Source of the DNA: an uncultured Bacilli bacterium
GTDB taxonomy: Bacteria; Bacillota_I; Bacilli_A; RF39; UBA660
DNA: 48,339 nucleotides
Reading direction: 5' to 3'
Assembly (NCBI GenBank): GCA_944363595.1
Contig: CALVUN010000038.1
Coordinates: 1 to 48,339, forward strand
Shown: piece by piece, positions 1-8,766 of the stretch
How the letters are laid out: every line of letters starts with the position of its first letter
Numbering within the stretch: position 1 is the stretch's first letter
Position numbers and translations under genes: made by a program
The notes under the pieces: generated by a model
The model's database searches: none
Told to the model about the DNA's origin: nothing
Seen by the model: only the letters and a program-made list of their open reading frames with translations

Positions 1-1106
1 CTTTTTACGATTTCTCCATATTGGAATAAGTGAAGTAATACTTCAAATATATAACCAATAATGGCAACAATAAAGAAGATTAAAATAATATCCGTAATGG
101 AATATTTACGATTGTAATTAAACTTAAACCATCTATGTTTTGATTCTTTTAACATGTATTCATATAGTGGATATTCTTCTAAAACAACTTCTCCTTCTAG
201 ACCTGTATCTTTTAATAATTCCGCATTTTGTATTCCTTTTGTTTTAGACATTTCTCTAATAAACATATAGGTTTCTACTTTAGTACAGTTTATATAAGGG
301 GTTGCAAAAACTAGATTTGAGACATTTAATGTTAATATTCCCAATAAATAGTAGCCAATAAATGATATATCTAATTTAAACATTTCCCATTTATAACCAT
401 TCATCATATCTCTAGAAAGTTTTATTACATCTTTTGTTTTCATATTGGGATTTTCTGCTAAAATATATGGGACTAAACAATAAGAATAATATTTTATAAA
501 TCCACCTATAATTGTAAAACTCCATAATATCGTGTATAAATTCTTTAAAAACATGGTATAGGCTGTATGTCTTGTTTTACCAAGGCGATATGGTAATAAG
601 AGTTTATTTGCTTTTGTTTTAGTATATTTTCTGTTTTCTAAGAAAAATCGAGCATTTCCTACTTCTATTACTTTACTTACAAATATCCAGTAAAACAAAG
701 ATACAATTGCACCAATAATAATGATTACACTAGCCCAAATACGGTCTTTAAATAAAGCTTGATTGATAGCGTTTAAAATACCAAATAAGAAACTGCCTGA
801 TTTAGAGACATTATTGGCAATGGGTCCAATTACACCTTTCGTCGTATTTTGTAAAAATCCAGGAACTTCGTTTTCATCATTATTTAGACCATTTACAAAT
901 TCATTTACAATATCAGAATTAGTATCTGCTTGGGAAGAATTCACATCTACAACTTCGTTTTTATTACTACTATTTAACTCTTTATGTAAAGTAATTACTG
1001 TACCACCAACTAGTACCGTAAAAATAAAACAAATAATAATACAAGATTTCCAGTTTCGATAAAAAGCTTCTTTCCCTAACTTTTTTAATTTTTTCCTGCT
1101 AAACAT
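1..1106 (-). CDS. DUF975-like integral membrane protein with a C-terminal DUF1113-like membrane module; its 3' end runs off the left edge
   Basis: Absent from the ORF track because it stays open to nt 1. Minus-strand ATG at 1106-1104 gives MFSRKKLKKLGKEAFYRNWKS..., several hydrophobic helices, VGNARFFLENRK, and ends ...IIGYIFEVLLHLFQYGEIVK. The + ORF 763-1062 is its antisense shadow. Confidence 0.6.
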   Translation of the reverse strand, partial: MFSRKKLKKLGKEAFYRNWKSCIIICFIFTVLVGGTVITLHKELNSSNKNEVVDVNSSQADTNSDIVNEFVNGLNNDENEVPGFLQNTTKGVIGPIANNVSKSGSFLFGILNAINQALFKDRIWASVIIIIGAIVSLFYWIFVSKVIEVGNARFFLENRKYTKTKANKLLLPYRLGKTRHTAYTMFLKNLYTILWSFTIIGGFIKYYSYCLVPYILAENPNMKTKDVIKLSRDMMNGYKWEMFKLDISFIGYYLLGILTLNVSNLVFATPYINCTKVETYMFIREMSKTKGIQNAELLKDTGLEGEVVLEEYPLYEYMLKESKHRWFKFNYNRKYSITDIILIFFIVAIIGYIFEVLLHLFQYGEIVK

Positions 1107-1190
1107 ACTACTACCCCAATCACAAAATCATTTTATCATATATTTTTATATTCTTCAATTATTCTAAGTTCTTGGTATATTACAATTTTG

Positions 1191-2051
1191 TTATTTAGCT
1201 GTAATATCGCCACTTGTCGTCGTGATTGTTAAAATAGGATTTGTATTGGAATTAGCAATATCTATATTGCCACTATTTGTTTTGGCATCAATAAATACTT
1301 TATTTTTTAAACCTATATCAATGTTACCACTTCTTGCTTCTAAACTTGAATTTTCTTTGATTGCTAATTTATTAATTTCGATATCACCACTGGTTGTACT
1401 TCCATTTATTTTATTGGTGATTTCGGCAATTTCAACATTCCCACTGGTAGCACTTAAAGTGATATTATTTACTTTACCAATTTTAATATCACCACTGGTA
1501 GAATTTACATTTAGTTCTTTAGCATTATCTATTTTTATATTACCACTTGTTGAATTTACTTCCCCATTATCTATCCCTTTTAAAGTAATATCACCACTTG
1601 TTGTTTTAATATTTCCAGTTGTTAATTGGCTCTCTACTTCTAGGGAACCAGAAGAAGATAAATGATTGTACTTTATGTCATAATCTGTAGGTATATAGAT
1701 GGTAATGGTCTCATCATATAAACATAAACCGATACAAACAATGGATTTTTCCTGCCCTATTTCTAGCCTGTTTTCCGTTTGTTCTACTTTTATCTTATCT
1801 TTATTTTTACTACTTCCGGTAATTTCTACTTTTAGCTTTTCTTCATTTGTTTCTTTTATTTTAACATCATAACTTTTAACATTTACCAAAATACTGGCAA
1901 TATCATTAAATTCTTTATTATATAAGGTACTTGTTTTTTCTAAAAATGAAAAGTTCCCACTTTTTGCTATTCCAAATACAATTACCCCAATTAAAACAAT
2001 AATTAAGATAATTAATGTGATGATACTTATGATTATTTTTTTATTTTTCAT
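1191..2051 (-). CDS. DUF4097-like beta-repeat protein (putative adhesin/LiaG-like), N-terminally membrane anchored
   Basis: N-terminal TM helix, then about 10 repeats of the T(S/T)SG(D/N)I motif. ATG at 2051 overlaps the upstream gene's stop by 11 nt, suggesting translational coupling. Confidence 0.6.
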   Translation of the reverse strand: MKNKKIIISIITLIILIIVLIGVIVFGIAKSGNFSFLEKTSTLYNKEFNDIASILVNVKSYDVKIKETNEEKLKVEITGSSKNKDKIKVEQTENRLEIGQEKSIVCIGLCLYDETITIYIPTDYDIKYNHLSSSGSLEVESQLTTGNIKTTSGDITLKGIDNGEVNSTSGNIKIDNAKELNVNSTSGDIKIGKVNNITLSATSGNVEIAEITNKINGSTTSGDIEINKLAIKENSSLEARSGNIDIGLKNKVFIDAKTNSGNIDIANSNTNPILTITTTSGDITAK

Positions 2052-2640
2052 GTTTATCACTTCCTAACATTCTAACTAATTTGGCAATTTGCATTACTAA
2101 AACGCCAATTATAAATATAATCCAAGAATAGGCCCAAGAATTCCAAGTAAAACTTACTAAAAAATAAATGATAATAGTTCCTAAAAAGATAATTTTATTC
2201 ATTACTTTTCCTTGTTTATCTTCTTTCTTTTCACTTTCTTTTGACATAAAATAATAAATTAATAATACTCCTATTAAAACTAGGCCAAACATAATAATTG
2301 AACCAATAATACTTTCACTCACATCTAAATCTTCTAAGAGCATCACAAGAATAATCATCACTCCGAAGATAATTAAACATAATGAGAATGTTAAAGCTTT
2401 ATTTTTCTTTTTTTCTTTGTCTAATTTTTTTTCGTAGACAATATCTCTTCCTTTTAAAAATTCATCTGTTGATATTTCAAAAAAGTTACATAAAGGAACG
2501 ATTTTATCAATATCAGGATTGGATTCTCCTGTTTCCCATTTGGAAATGGTTTGTCTTGAAACATTCAGAATGTTTGCTAAGTCTTCTTGACTTAAATTTT
2601 TCTTTTTTCTTAAATTATAGATTTTTTCACCTATATTCAT
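2041..2640 (-). CDS. XRE-family HTH transcriptional regulator fused to a multi-pass membrane domain
   Basis: MNIGEKIYNLRKKKNLSQEDLANILNVSRQTISKWETGESNP is a classic Cro/C1 HTH, followed by about 4 hydrophobic helices. I prefer the ATG at 2640 (SD GAGGTGA) over the track start at 2661. Confidence 0.75.
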   Translation of the reverse strand: MNIGEKIYNLRKKKNLSQEDLANILNVSRQTISKWETGESNPDIDKIVPLCNFFEISTDEFLKGRDIVYEKKLDKEKKKNKALTFSLCLIIFGVMIILVMLLEDLDVSESIIGSIIMFGLVLIGVLLIYYFMSKESEKKEDKQGKVMNKIIFLGTIIIYFLVSFTWNSWAYSWIIFIIGVLVMQIAKLVRMLGSDKHEK

Positions 2641-2670
2641 TTTTCTCACCTCAGGTTTCATCTTAACAAA

Positions 2671-2718
2671 TTTAGTGGTTGCACTCTACCAAGTAGACTT
2701 GGAAATGTCGCAACTAAA
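2671..2718 (-). promoter_or_regulatory. Nested palindromes upstream of the XRE gene; candidate autoregulatory operator
   Basis: Perfect CCAAGT-AG-ACTTGG (2689-2702) lies inside TTTAGTgGTTGC / GCAACTAAA (2671-2682 / 2710-2718). Minus-strand TTGCGA and TAGAGT flank it, but the spacer is a non-ideal 19 nt. Confidence 0.3.
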
Positions 2719-2740
2719 GTTTACATTTTTAAAAAAGAGG

Positions 2741-3264
2741 TTATTCTTCCTCTAATTTCTTTGCTAGGCTTAAAGCTTGTTCCATAATTTTATCCATATC
2801 ATAATATTTGTATAATCCTAGACGTCCACCAAAATAGACATTTTCTTCTTTTTCGGCTAGAGCATGATATTTTTCGTATAATGAATTATTTTTATCATCA
2901 TTGATAGGATAATAAGCAATAGAATTGTTAGTATAAGCTTGGGGATATTCTTTGGTTATAATGGTACCTTTACAATCATTCGCCTCAAAATGTTTATGTT
3001 CAATAATTCTTGTATATGGAGTTTTACTATCTGTGTAATTAATGACAGCATTCCCTTGATAATTATCTACTTCTTCTAATATTTCCATTTTAAATTCCAG
3101 ACTACGGTATTCTAATTTTCCTAACTTGAATCCAAAATATTCATCAATTCCACCCGTATAAATTACTTTATCTGCTAGGGAATTATAATATTCTTTTTTC
3201 TCTAAATAATCTGTATTTAATTTTATTTCACTTTTCTCTAACATTTTTTCGATAATTGGACTTA
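2741..3264 (-). pseudogene. glf: UDP-galactopyranose mutase, C-terminal about 174 codons only; 5' half removed at the IS3 boundary
   Basis: ..SPIIEKMLEKSEIKLNTDY..VIYTGGIDEYF..YRSLEF..YTRIIEHKHF..FGGRLGLYKYYDMD are Glf-type motifs. The frame stays open upstream of the track ATG (3244) until about 3264, where the IS terminus begins. No N-terminal FAD-binding half is seen nearby. Confidence 0.8.
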
Positions 3265-3331
3265 TGTCAAGTTTTTAGACACATTTTTATGGACAAATTA
3301 TTAATCCGTATTTAAATTTATTCCAATTTGC

Positions 3332-3446
3332 TTTGTTGATATTTGGTTCCGGTTATTGTGTAAAAGAACTTTTGTCAAATGGACTACACTTCGTTACGTT
3401 CTTTTACTAAATACCAGTTTAACACAAACCACCAAATATCAACAAA
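3332..3446. other. Long two-tier hairpin in the 3' non-coding part of the IS3 element
   Basis: Perfect 16-bp basal stem (3332-3347 / 3431-3446) and perfect 10-bp apical stem (3360-3369 / 3398-3407) around a 28-nt loop. Confidence 0.5.
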
Positions 3447-3469
3447 TTTTCTCGGCATAAAATTAAATA

Positions 3470-4381
3470 CTATGCTAAACTAAGAATATAATTATTATAT
3501 TTTTCATTTGGTGTAATATATCCTAGAGTACTGTGTATTCTAGCATTATTGTACCAACTTTCAATAAACTCGAATATTGCTAGTTTAGCTTCTTCAAATG
3601 TTTTATAGCTATTTACATTTACTTCTTCTTTCTTTAATATGGCATTGAAGCTTTCCATACTTGCATTGTCATAAGGGTAACCTTTTTTACTATAAGAATG
3701 ATTTATTTTTAAATTGCTTAACATTGCTTCAAAATCATTCGAAGTATATTGACTTCCTCGATCAGAATGAAAGATTCCATCTTCACTTAATCCACGATTA
3801 GCCATAGCTTTCTTAAATGCTTCTTTTACTAATTCATCAGTCATATTCATGCCATAGGTCCAACCAACTACTTTTAAATCAAATAAATCCATAACAATAG
3901 CTAAATAAGTCCATCCTGTTTCTAAAGTGTAAATGTAAGTAATATCTCCAACCCACTTAATACTTGGCTTTGTAGCAAAGAAATCTTGCTCTAAAAGATT
4001 AGGATATTCTTTAGTATTATCAGTAGTACTATTACCAAAGTGATTGAATTTTTTTACAACAATACTTCTTAATCCTAATACTTTCATTCTTCTGGCAACA
4101 CGTTTTTGGCTTACTTTAACTCCTTGACTTTTTAATACTTCTGTAATTTTTGGAGAGCCATATCTACCTTTAGATTTTTCATAAATTTCTTTGATTTTAA
4201 TATCTAATTCTTGATTAGCTTTATGATATGAATTTTCTAGATGATTACAATGATAGTAATATACTGAGTGATGAATGTTTAGAATCTTACATAAAGTTCT
4301 GATGTCATAATTATCTTTATTTTCGTTAATAAACTTTACTTTGTCTTCTACTTTTGCGTGAATATGGCAATTGCTTTTTTT
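3470..4381 (-). CDS. IS3 transposase OrfB (DDE/rve integrase core), expressed as an OrfAB fusion by -1 frameshifting
   Basis: Slippery A7G run (minus strand, 4381-4374). The -1 frame is open from there (..KKSNCHIHAKVEDKVKFINENKDNYDIRTLCKIL..) into the track ORF 3470-4087, which carries DITYI.., HSDRGSQYTS and NASMESFN. Confidence 0.85.
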   Translation of the reverse strand, partial: KKSNCHIHAKVEDKVKFINENKDNYDIRTLCKILNIHHSVYYYHCNHLENSYHKANQELDIKIKEIYEKSKGRYGSPKITEVLKSQGVKVSQKRVARRMKVLGLRSIVVKKFNHFGNSTTDNTKEYPNLLEQDFFATKPSIKWVGDITYIYTLETGWTYLAIVMDLFDLKVVGWTYGMNMTDELVKEAFKKAMANRGLSEDGIFHSDRGSQYTSNDFEAMLSNLKINHSYSKKGYPYDNASMESFNAILKKEEVNVNSYKTFEEAKLAIFEFIESWYNNARIHSTLGYITPNEKYNNYILSLA

Positions 4382-4617
4382 AGAATTTCGTTTTCCTCTC
4401 TGATTTTACTTAACTCTTTTTTTAATTTTTGGATTTCTTTATTGTTGGTAACAGTACCATCTTCTGTTTTAATTGGGGAATAATCTTTAACCCATTTATA
4501 TAGTACTGAATTACTTATGCCATATTCACGAACTATTTCACTAGCTGGCTTTTTATTGTTATAAAGTTCAACAATCATCTTTTTAAAATCTTCATCATAA
4601 GTTCTTCCTTTCGCCAT
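4348..4617 (-). CDS. IS3 transposase OrfA (HTH)
   Basis: MAKGRTYDEDFKKMIVELYNNKKPASEIVREYGISNSVLYKWVK... plus a leucine-zipper-like tail. SD AAAGGAG lies 8 nt upstream of the ATG at 4617. Confidence 0.85.
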   Translation of the reverse strand: MAKGRTYDEDFKKMIVELYNNKKPASEIVREYGISNSVLYKWVKDYSPIKTEDGTVTNNKEIQKLKKELSKIREENEILKKAIAIFTQK

Positions 4618-4691
4618 TATAGACACTCCTTTCAATGTTTATTATTTTAACACATTGTCCACACTTTTGTGTCTATAAATCTATTCTAGCA

Positions 4692-6120
4692 TCAGTTGTT
4701 TCCTATGAATAATTTTAGTACAAATACATAGGAAATGAAAAGAGAAATCGGAAAATTTACAAAAAAAATTACTAAAAATTTAGATAAAGTGTCAAAAAAG
4801 TTTGTTATGGATATGCAATATGGATTATCAAAAAGTAAAAGTTGTTTAATAAGTGAAATATCAAGAGCTTTAGATGAAAAGATAAATCTAAAGAATACAG
4901 TAGAAAGATTATGTAATAATTTAGTAAGACTAACAGAAGAACAAAGAAATATAATAAAAAATAATTATTATAAAGAAATTAAAAAATATTTTGGAGAAGA
5001 GCCAGTGGCAATATTTGATGATAGTGATATTAATAAAGAATATAGTAAGAAATTAGAAGATTTAGATAAAGTGATAGATGCTTCAAGTAGTAATAAAGAA
5101 ACAGTAAATGGATACCATGTATGCGAGGCAGTAATATTAGGAAAAAATGAGAAACAACCATTTAGTGTTTATAGTGAAATATACTCATGTAAATCAAAAG
5201 ACTTTGTCAGTATGAACAAGTATACAACTGATAGTATAGATACAGTTATAAATGTATTAAAAAGAAAATGTAATATGGTGTTTGATAGAGGATATGATGA
5301 TAATAAGATAATAGATTATGTAGATAAAAGTGAAAATTATTTTGTAATAAGAATGAATGATAAGAGAACATTTTTATTTAAAGGAAAAAAGAAAAATGCA
5401 TATCAAGAAGCATTAAAGAGAAAAGGTAAAGTAAAAATGGAACTATGGTTTGAAGAAGAAAAATATGAAGTGAGTGTATCTCACACAAAGGTAACATTAC
5501 CTTATAATAAAAAAGACTATGAGTTAGTATTTGTATATGGATTAAGTGAGGAAAGACCATTAATATTATTAACAAATAGAAGAATACATAGTAAAGAAGA
5601 AGTTATAAAAGTAGTTAGATTATATTTTTATAGATGGAGAGTAGAAGAATATTTTAGGAGTAAAAAGCAAGAATATGATTTTGAAAACATGAGAGTAAGA
5701 ACGTTGAAAGCAATGAATAATTTGAATTTAATGTTGATGATACATATGGGACATATGGCAATGTTAATAGAAGATATGGATAAGAAGTTATTAACAATGA
5801 AGATAATTGAGGCAAGTAAATCTTTAAAGAGAAAAGTTTTAGTATGGTTTTATCAGATGGCTAGAGGAATAAAAGAGATATTAAGTAATGCTAGAACAGG
5901 AATTAAAGCATTAGAAAAAATAGAAACAAGGGAAAAAGAAAAACAATTATATTTTAAACTTTAACTAAATCTGTAATTTATCAGCAAAAAAAGAACATTT
6001 TAGGATGTTCTATATTGTGATGTAAGAAAATATAAAATAATGATTGATTTGAGACATTTTCTAAAATTAATCATTATTTTATGTCTTTAAGTTAAAAATT
6101 TCTTGTAAAAAACGGAAACT
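4692..6120 (+). mobile_element. IS4-family-like element; ends not resolved
   Basis: It consists of one DDE transposase gene that starts 43 bp from the IS3 end. I could not find convincing terminal IRs; only GTTTCC/GGAAAC at 4697 and 6113. Confidence 0.3.
4735..5964 (+). CDS. IS4-family DDE transposase
   Basis: Candidate D-D-E residues lie in AIFDDSD, VFDRGYDD and RVEEYFR. YFYRWRVEEYFRSKK fits the IS4-family signature Y-x2-R-x3-E-x6-K. Confidence 0.7.
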   Translation: MKREIGKFTKKITKNLDKVSKKFVMDMQYGLSKSKSCLISEISRALDEKINLKNTVERLCNNLVRLTEEQRNIIKNNYYKEIKKYFGEEPVAIFDDSDINKEYSKKLEDLDKVIDASSSNKETVNGYHVCEAVILGKNEKQPFSVYSEIYSCKSKDFVSMNKYTTDSIDTVINVLKRKCNMVFDRGYDDNKIIDYVDKSENYFVIRMNDKRTFLFKGKKKNAYQEALKRKGKVKMELWFEEEKYEVSVSHTKVTLPYNKKDYELVFVYGLSEERPLILLTNRRIHSKEEVIKVVRLYFYRWRVEEYFRSKKQEYDFENMRVRTLKAMNNLNLMLMIHMGHMAMLIEDMDKKLLTMKIIEASKSLKRKVLVWFYQMARGIKEILSNARTGIKALEKIETREKEKQLYFKL

Positions 6121-6419
6121 CAAAAAATAAAAATATTGTTTTTTTTAATTACTTATGCTAAAATTAAGTAAGAATAAAGGATGGATTCAAACTAATTTCA
6201 TAGAACATATTAATATCCAAATTGTAAAGAAGGTCTTTAACCTAACTTAATAATTCAAGCATTTAATGAAATTGGCAAAACTATTTCTATCTTTACGAAT
6301 ATTATATTGTAGATTTTAAGTACAATATAATGAGTTTATAGATATCTCTTAACAAAAATCTAAATAAAGAAAATCCAGTTTAAAAAAATCTTAACTATAT
6401 TATACAAGGAAGTGATGTA

Positions 6420-6962
6420 ATGAAAAAAATAATTTCTGGTGTAGTCGCGGTCACAATTTTAATTTTTGTTGTCGTCTTTAGTACTTATGCATGGTGGACA
6501 TGGAGTAGCAACAAAGAAGACAATACTAATATAACATTCACAATAGAAGGATTAGTAGATAAAATTTCATATAATGTTAGCCATGTTAATAGTCCGAATT
6601 TAATACCTGTTTCAAGTAAAACAAAAGGATATATAACCAATATCAATCTTTCTCAAACAAGTAGTGATAAATTATATGCAACATTTTATCTGGACATTAC
6701 AACTTTAGATTTAGGATTAAAAGATGTAAGTTTTAGGTATGAATTATCAAGCAATGATAAAACATACGGAAATGGCAGTTTTGCCAACTATAATGAAGAA
6801 GATACAATTATCCTAAATAGTGAACCAATTGAAGTAACAAATACATCATCGACAATATCACTATATATATGGATAGATGGTGAATTAGACAATTCCAGCA
6901 GCATGCAAAATCAAAATTATCAATTTAATTTAAGAGCAAATATAACAGATCAAACTAATTAA
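6420..6962 (+). CDS. Small secreted or membrane-anchored protein, possibly TasA/camelysin-like with a SipW-type signal
   Basis: N-terminal TM/signal ends in STYAWWTWSS, compared with the (G/S)T(F/Y)A(F/Y)F(S/T) SipW-type motif. The rest is a beta-rich Asn/Ser/Thr body. SD AAGGAAGTGA. Confidence 0.3.
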   Translation: MKKIISGVVAVTILIFVVVFSTYAWWTWSSNKEDNTNITFTIEGLVDKISYNVSHVNSPNLIPVSSKTKGYITNINLSQTSSDKLYATFYLDITTLDLGLKDVSFRYELSSNDKTYGNGSFANYNEEDTIILNSEPIEVTNTSSTISLYIWIDGELDNSSSMQNQNYQFNLRANITDQTN

Positions 6963-7033
6963 AATTAAAAGAGAAAATAACAAATCAATTATAGTAACAT
7001 TATTTCGTTTATATACATTCAAATTATATAAAT

Positions 7034-7070
7034 AAAAAAACGCTAGGACTAATTAACCTAACGTTTTTTT
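7034..7070. terminator. Bidirectional Rho-independent terminator between convergent genes
   Basis: AAAAAAACGCTAGG-loop-CCTAACGTTTTTTT: an A-run, a stem with one mismatch, then a T-run. Confidence 0.7.
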
Positions 7071-7131
7071 GTTGCTTTGGAATTAAAAATATTAAAACAA
7101 ATTATATTCATTAATATTTTAATAAAATCTC

Positions 7132-8262
7132 CTAATTTGTAAAACGCAAACTTTCATTAGATACATTAAAGATAATTCCTAATAAAAACATATATGAAAG
7201 AAGAGAACTACCACCATAACTAATAAAAGGAAGTGTAATACCAATAATAGGAAGAAGACCCAAAGTCATTCCAATATTTTGAATTTGTTGAAAAACTAAT
7301 ACCGCAATTATTCCACCAATCGCATATTTATCTTCCATTGTATTAGTTTTATTAACAGTGTTAATTAAAGTAACATCAAAGAAAATAATTAACATAATAA
7401 GCAATATCGCACCAAATAAACCAAAATTAGAGGCAAATACAGCAAAAATAAAATCTGTCTGCATTTCAGGAAAATAAATTGGCAAATTATTAAAACCATG
7501 GCCAAACAAACCAGCAGAGCCAATTGAAATTAAAGAATTTTCTAATTGCAATCCACTGCTTGAAGACCAATTTAAAATACGATCCATTCGGTAAAAAAAG
7601 CTAGTACCAAAAATATCAATAAAAAGATTTTGATTTAAAAAATAAAGTCCAATAAATGCACTACCCAATACTAACAAGATAGCAGCAGTAAGAATAAACC
7701 ATCGCTTCCTAATACCTCCAATAAATAGCATTACAAAAGTAATAATCAAATAAATAATTACTGCCCCCGTATCAGGTTCAATAAAAGTAAGAACCGATGG
7801 AATAAAAACAATTAACATAACTTTTAAAATAAATTTAAATTCATCCATAATATCCGGATTATTAAATTTATCATTATATTCATTAATAAGTCTTGCTAAA
7901 ATAATAATCAAAAAAAGTTTCATAAATTCACTAGGTTGAATACTACCAACATATGGAATAGAAAACCAACATTTTGCATTATTAACTTCATTACCTATAA
8001 ATAAAACTAAAACTAATGAAATAACACCAATAAAATATAAAATCCAAGCATTATTATACAAAAATTTATTTCCCAAAGCCATCATTGCATAAGCAATTCC
8101 AAATCCTAAAATATACCAAAGAATTTGCCGAAGCCATAGATTTTGCAAATCAGGATCAATAAGTTCTCTAGTTGAAAAAATAGAAATAACACTAATAATA
8201 CCAAATAAAATAATAGGAATAATAATTGCTTTTTCAACTTTAAATTTAGATATATTTTTTAT
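7132..8262 (-). CDS. SEDS-family protein (FtsW/RodA/SpoVE), paralog 1; start probably non-canonical ATA at 8262
   Basis: SEDS motifs are present (..IQPSEFMKL.., ..PDTGA.., ..LPFISYGGSS..). The track start, TTG at 8148, would delete TM1. The frame is open to 8289, and GGTGA-tagc-ATA at 8271-8260 looks like this genome's SD-start pattern. Confidence 0.75.
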   Translation of the reverse strand: MKNISKFKVEKAIIIPIILFGIISVISIFSTRELIDPDLQNLWLRQILWYILGFGIAYAMMALGNKFLYNNAWILYFIGVISLVLVLFIGNEVNNAKCWFSIPYVGSIQPSEFMKLFLIIILARLINEYNDKFNNPDIMDEFKFILKVMLIVFIPSVLTFIEPDTGAVIIYLIITFVMLFIGGIRKRWFILTAAILLVLGSAFIGLYFLNQNLFIDIFGTSFFYRMDRILNWSSSSGLQLENSLISIGSAGLFGHGFNNLPIYFPEMQTDFIFAVFASNFGLFGAILLIMLIIFFDVTLINTVNKTNTMEDKYAIGGIIAVLVFQQIQNIGMTLGLLPIIGITLPFISYGGSSLLSYMFLLGIIFNVSNESLRFTN

Positions 8263-8370
8263 GCTATCACCACATTTCCAATAATTATTCTACCACAAAA
8301 ATACCTAAACCAAAACAAAAAAGAAATAAAAAAATAATTTTTTTCATAATATGTAGTAGAGGTGAGATAA

Positions 8371-8697
8371 ATGAACAAAGAATTACCCAAAATGTATCAA
8401 AACAAAATATCAAAAAAATTAAACAATATGGAGGAAGTATATTCAACACTATATGAGGAAAAACCAAGAAATAACCAAAATAATATAAAAGAAAAAAATA
8501 ATAATAATAATTATACCATTGAACAAAAAATATATAATATCTTCAATTCAAAAGATTATATTTATAAAGTGGACGTTTACATTGAAACAGACGAAGGAAC
8601 ATTTCAAAAAAGAATTATTGGCAAAAATAAAGATAACCTAATCACAATGGATAATGAATATATTCCCATATCAAAAATTAAAGATATTTACAGGTAA
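8371..8697 (+). CDS. Hypothetical small protein
   Basis: SD GAGGTGA lies 5 nt upstream. Lys/Asn-rich N-terminus and a beta-rich C-terminus (YKVDVYIETDEGTFQKRIIGKNKDNLITMDNEYIPISKIKDIY). No family recognised. Confidence 0.4.
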   Translation: MNKELPKMYQNKISKKLNNMEEVYSTLYEEKPRNNQNNIKEKNNNNNYTIEQKIYNIFNSKDYIYKVDVYIETDEGTFQKRIIGKNKDNLITMDNEYIPISKIKDIYR

Positions 8698-8766
8698 TAA
8701 CCTGTTTTTTTCTTGCATAATCCATCCAAATATGATACTATTTATATAGTAGGGAAGATGATCAAA

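Larger units (their letters stand above)
3265..4691 (-). mobile_element. IS3-family insertion sequence (IS150-like), apparently intact; ends accurate to about 10 bp
   Basis: orfA/orfB with a -1 frameshift site. Imperfect terminal IRs share TG...TAGACACA...TGGACAA: 3265/3276-3283/3290-3296 versus the reverse complement of 4691/4668-4675/4655-4661. The 3-4 bp flanks differ, so no target duplication is seen. Confidence 0.75.

Noticed and set aside
763-1665. Plus-strand ORFs 763-1062 and 1222-1665
   Set aside because: They are antisense shadows of the DUF975 and DUF4097 genes, with hydrophobic low-complexity translations and no SD.
8285-8467. 60-aa minus-strand ORF
   Set aside because: It overlaps the start of the 8371 gene and the divergent promoter region, and has no SD.
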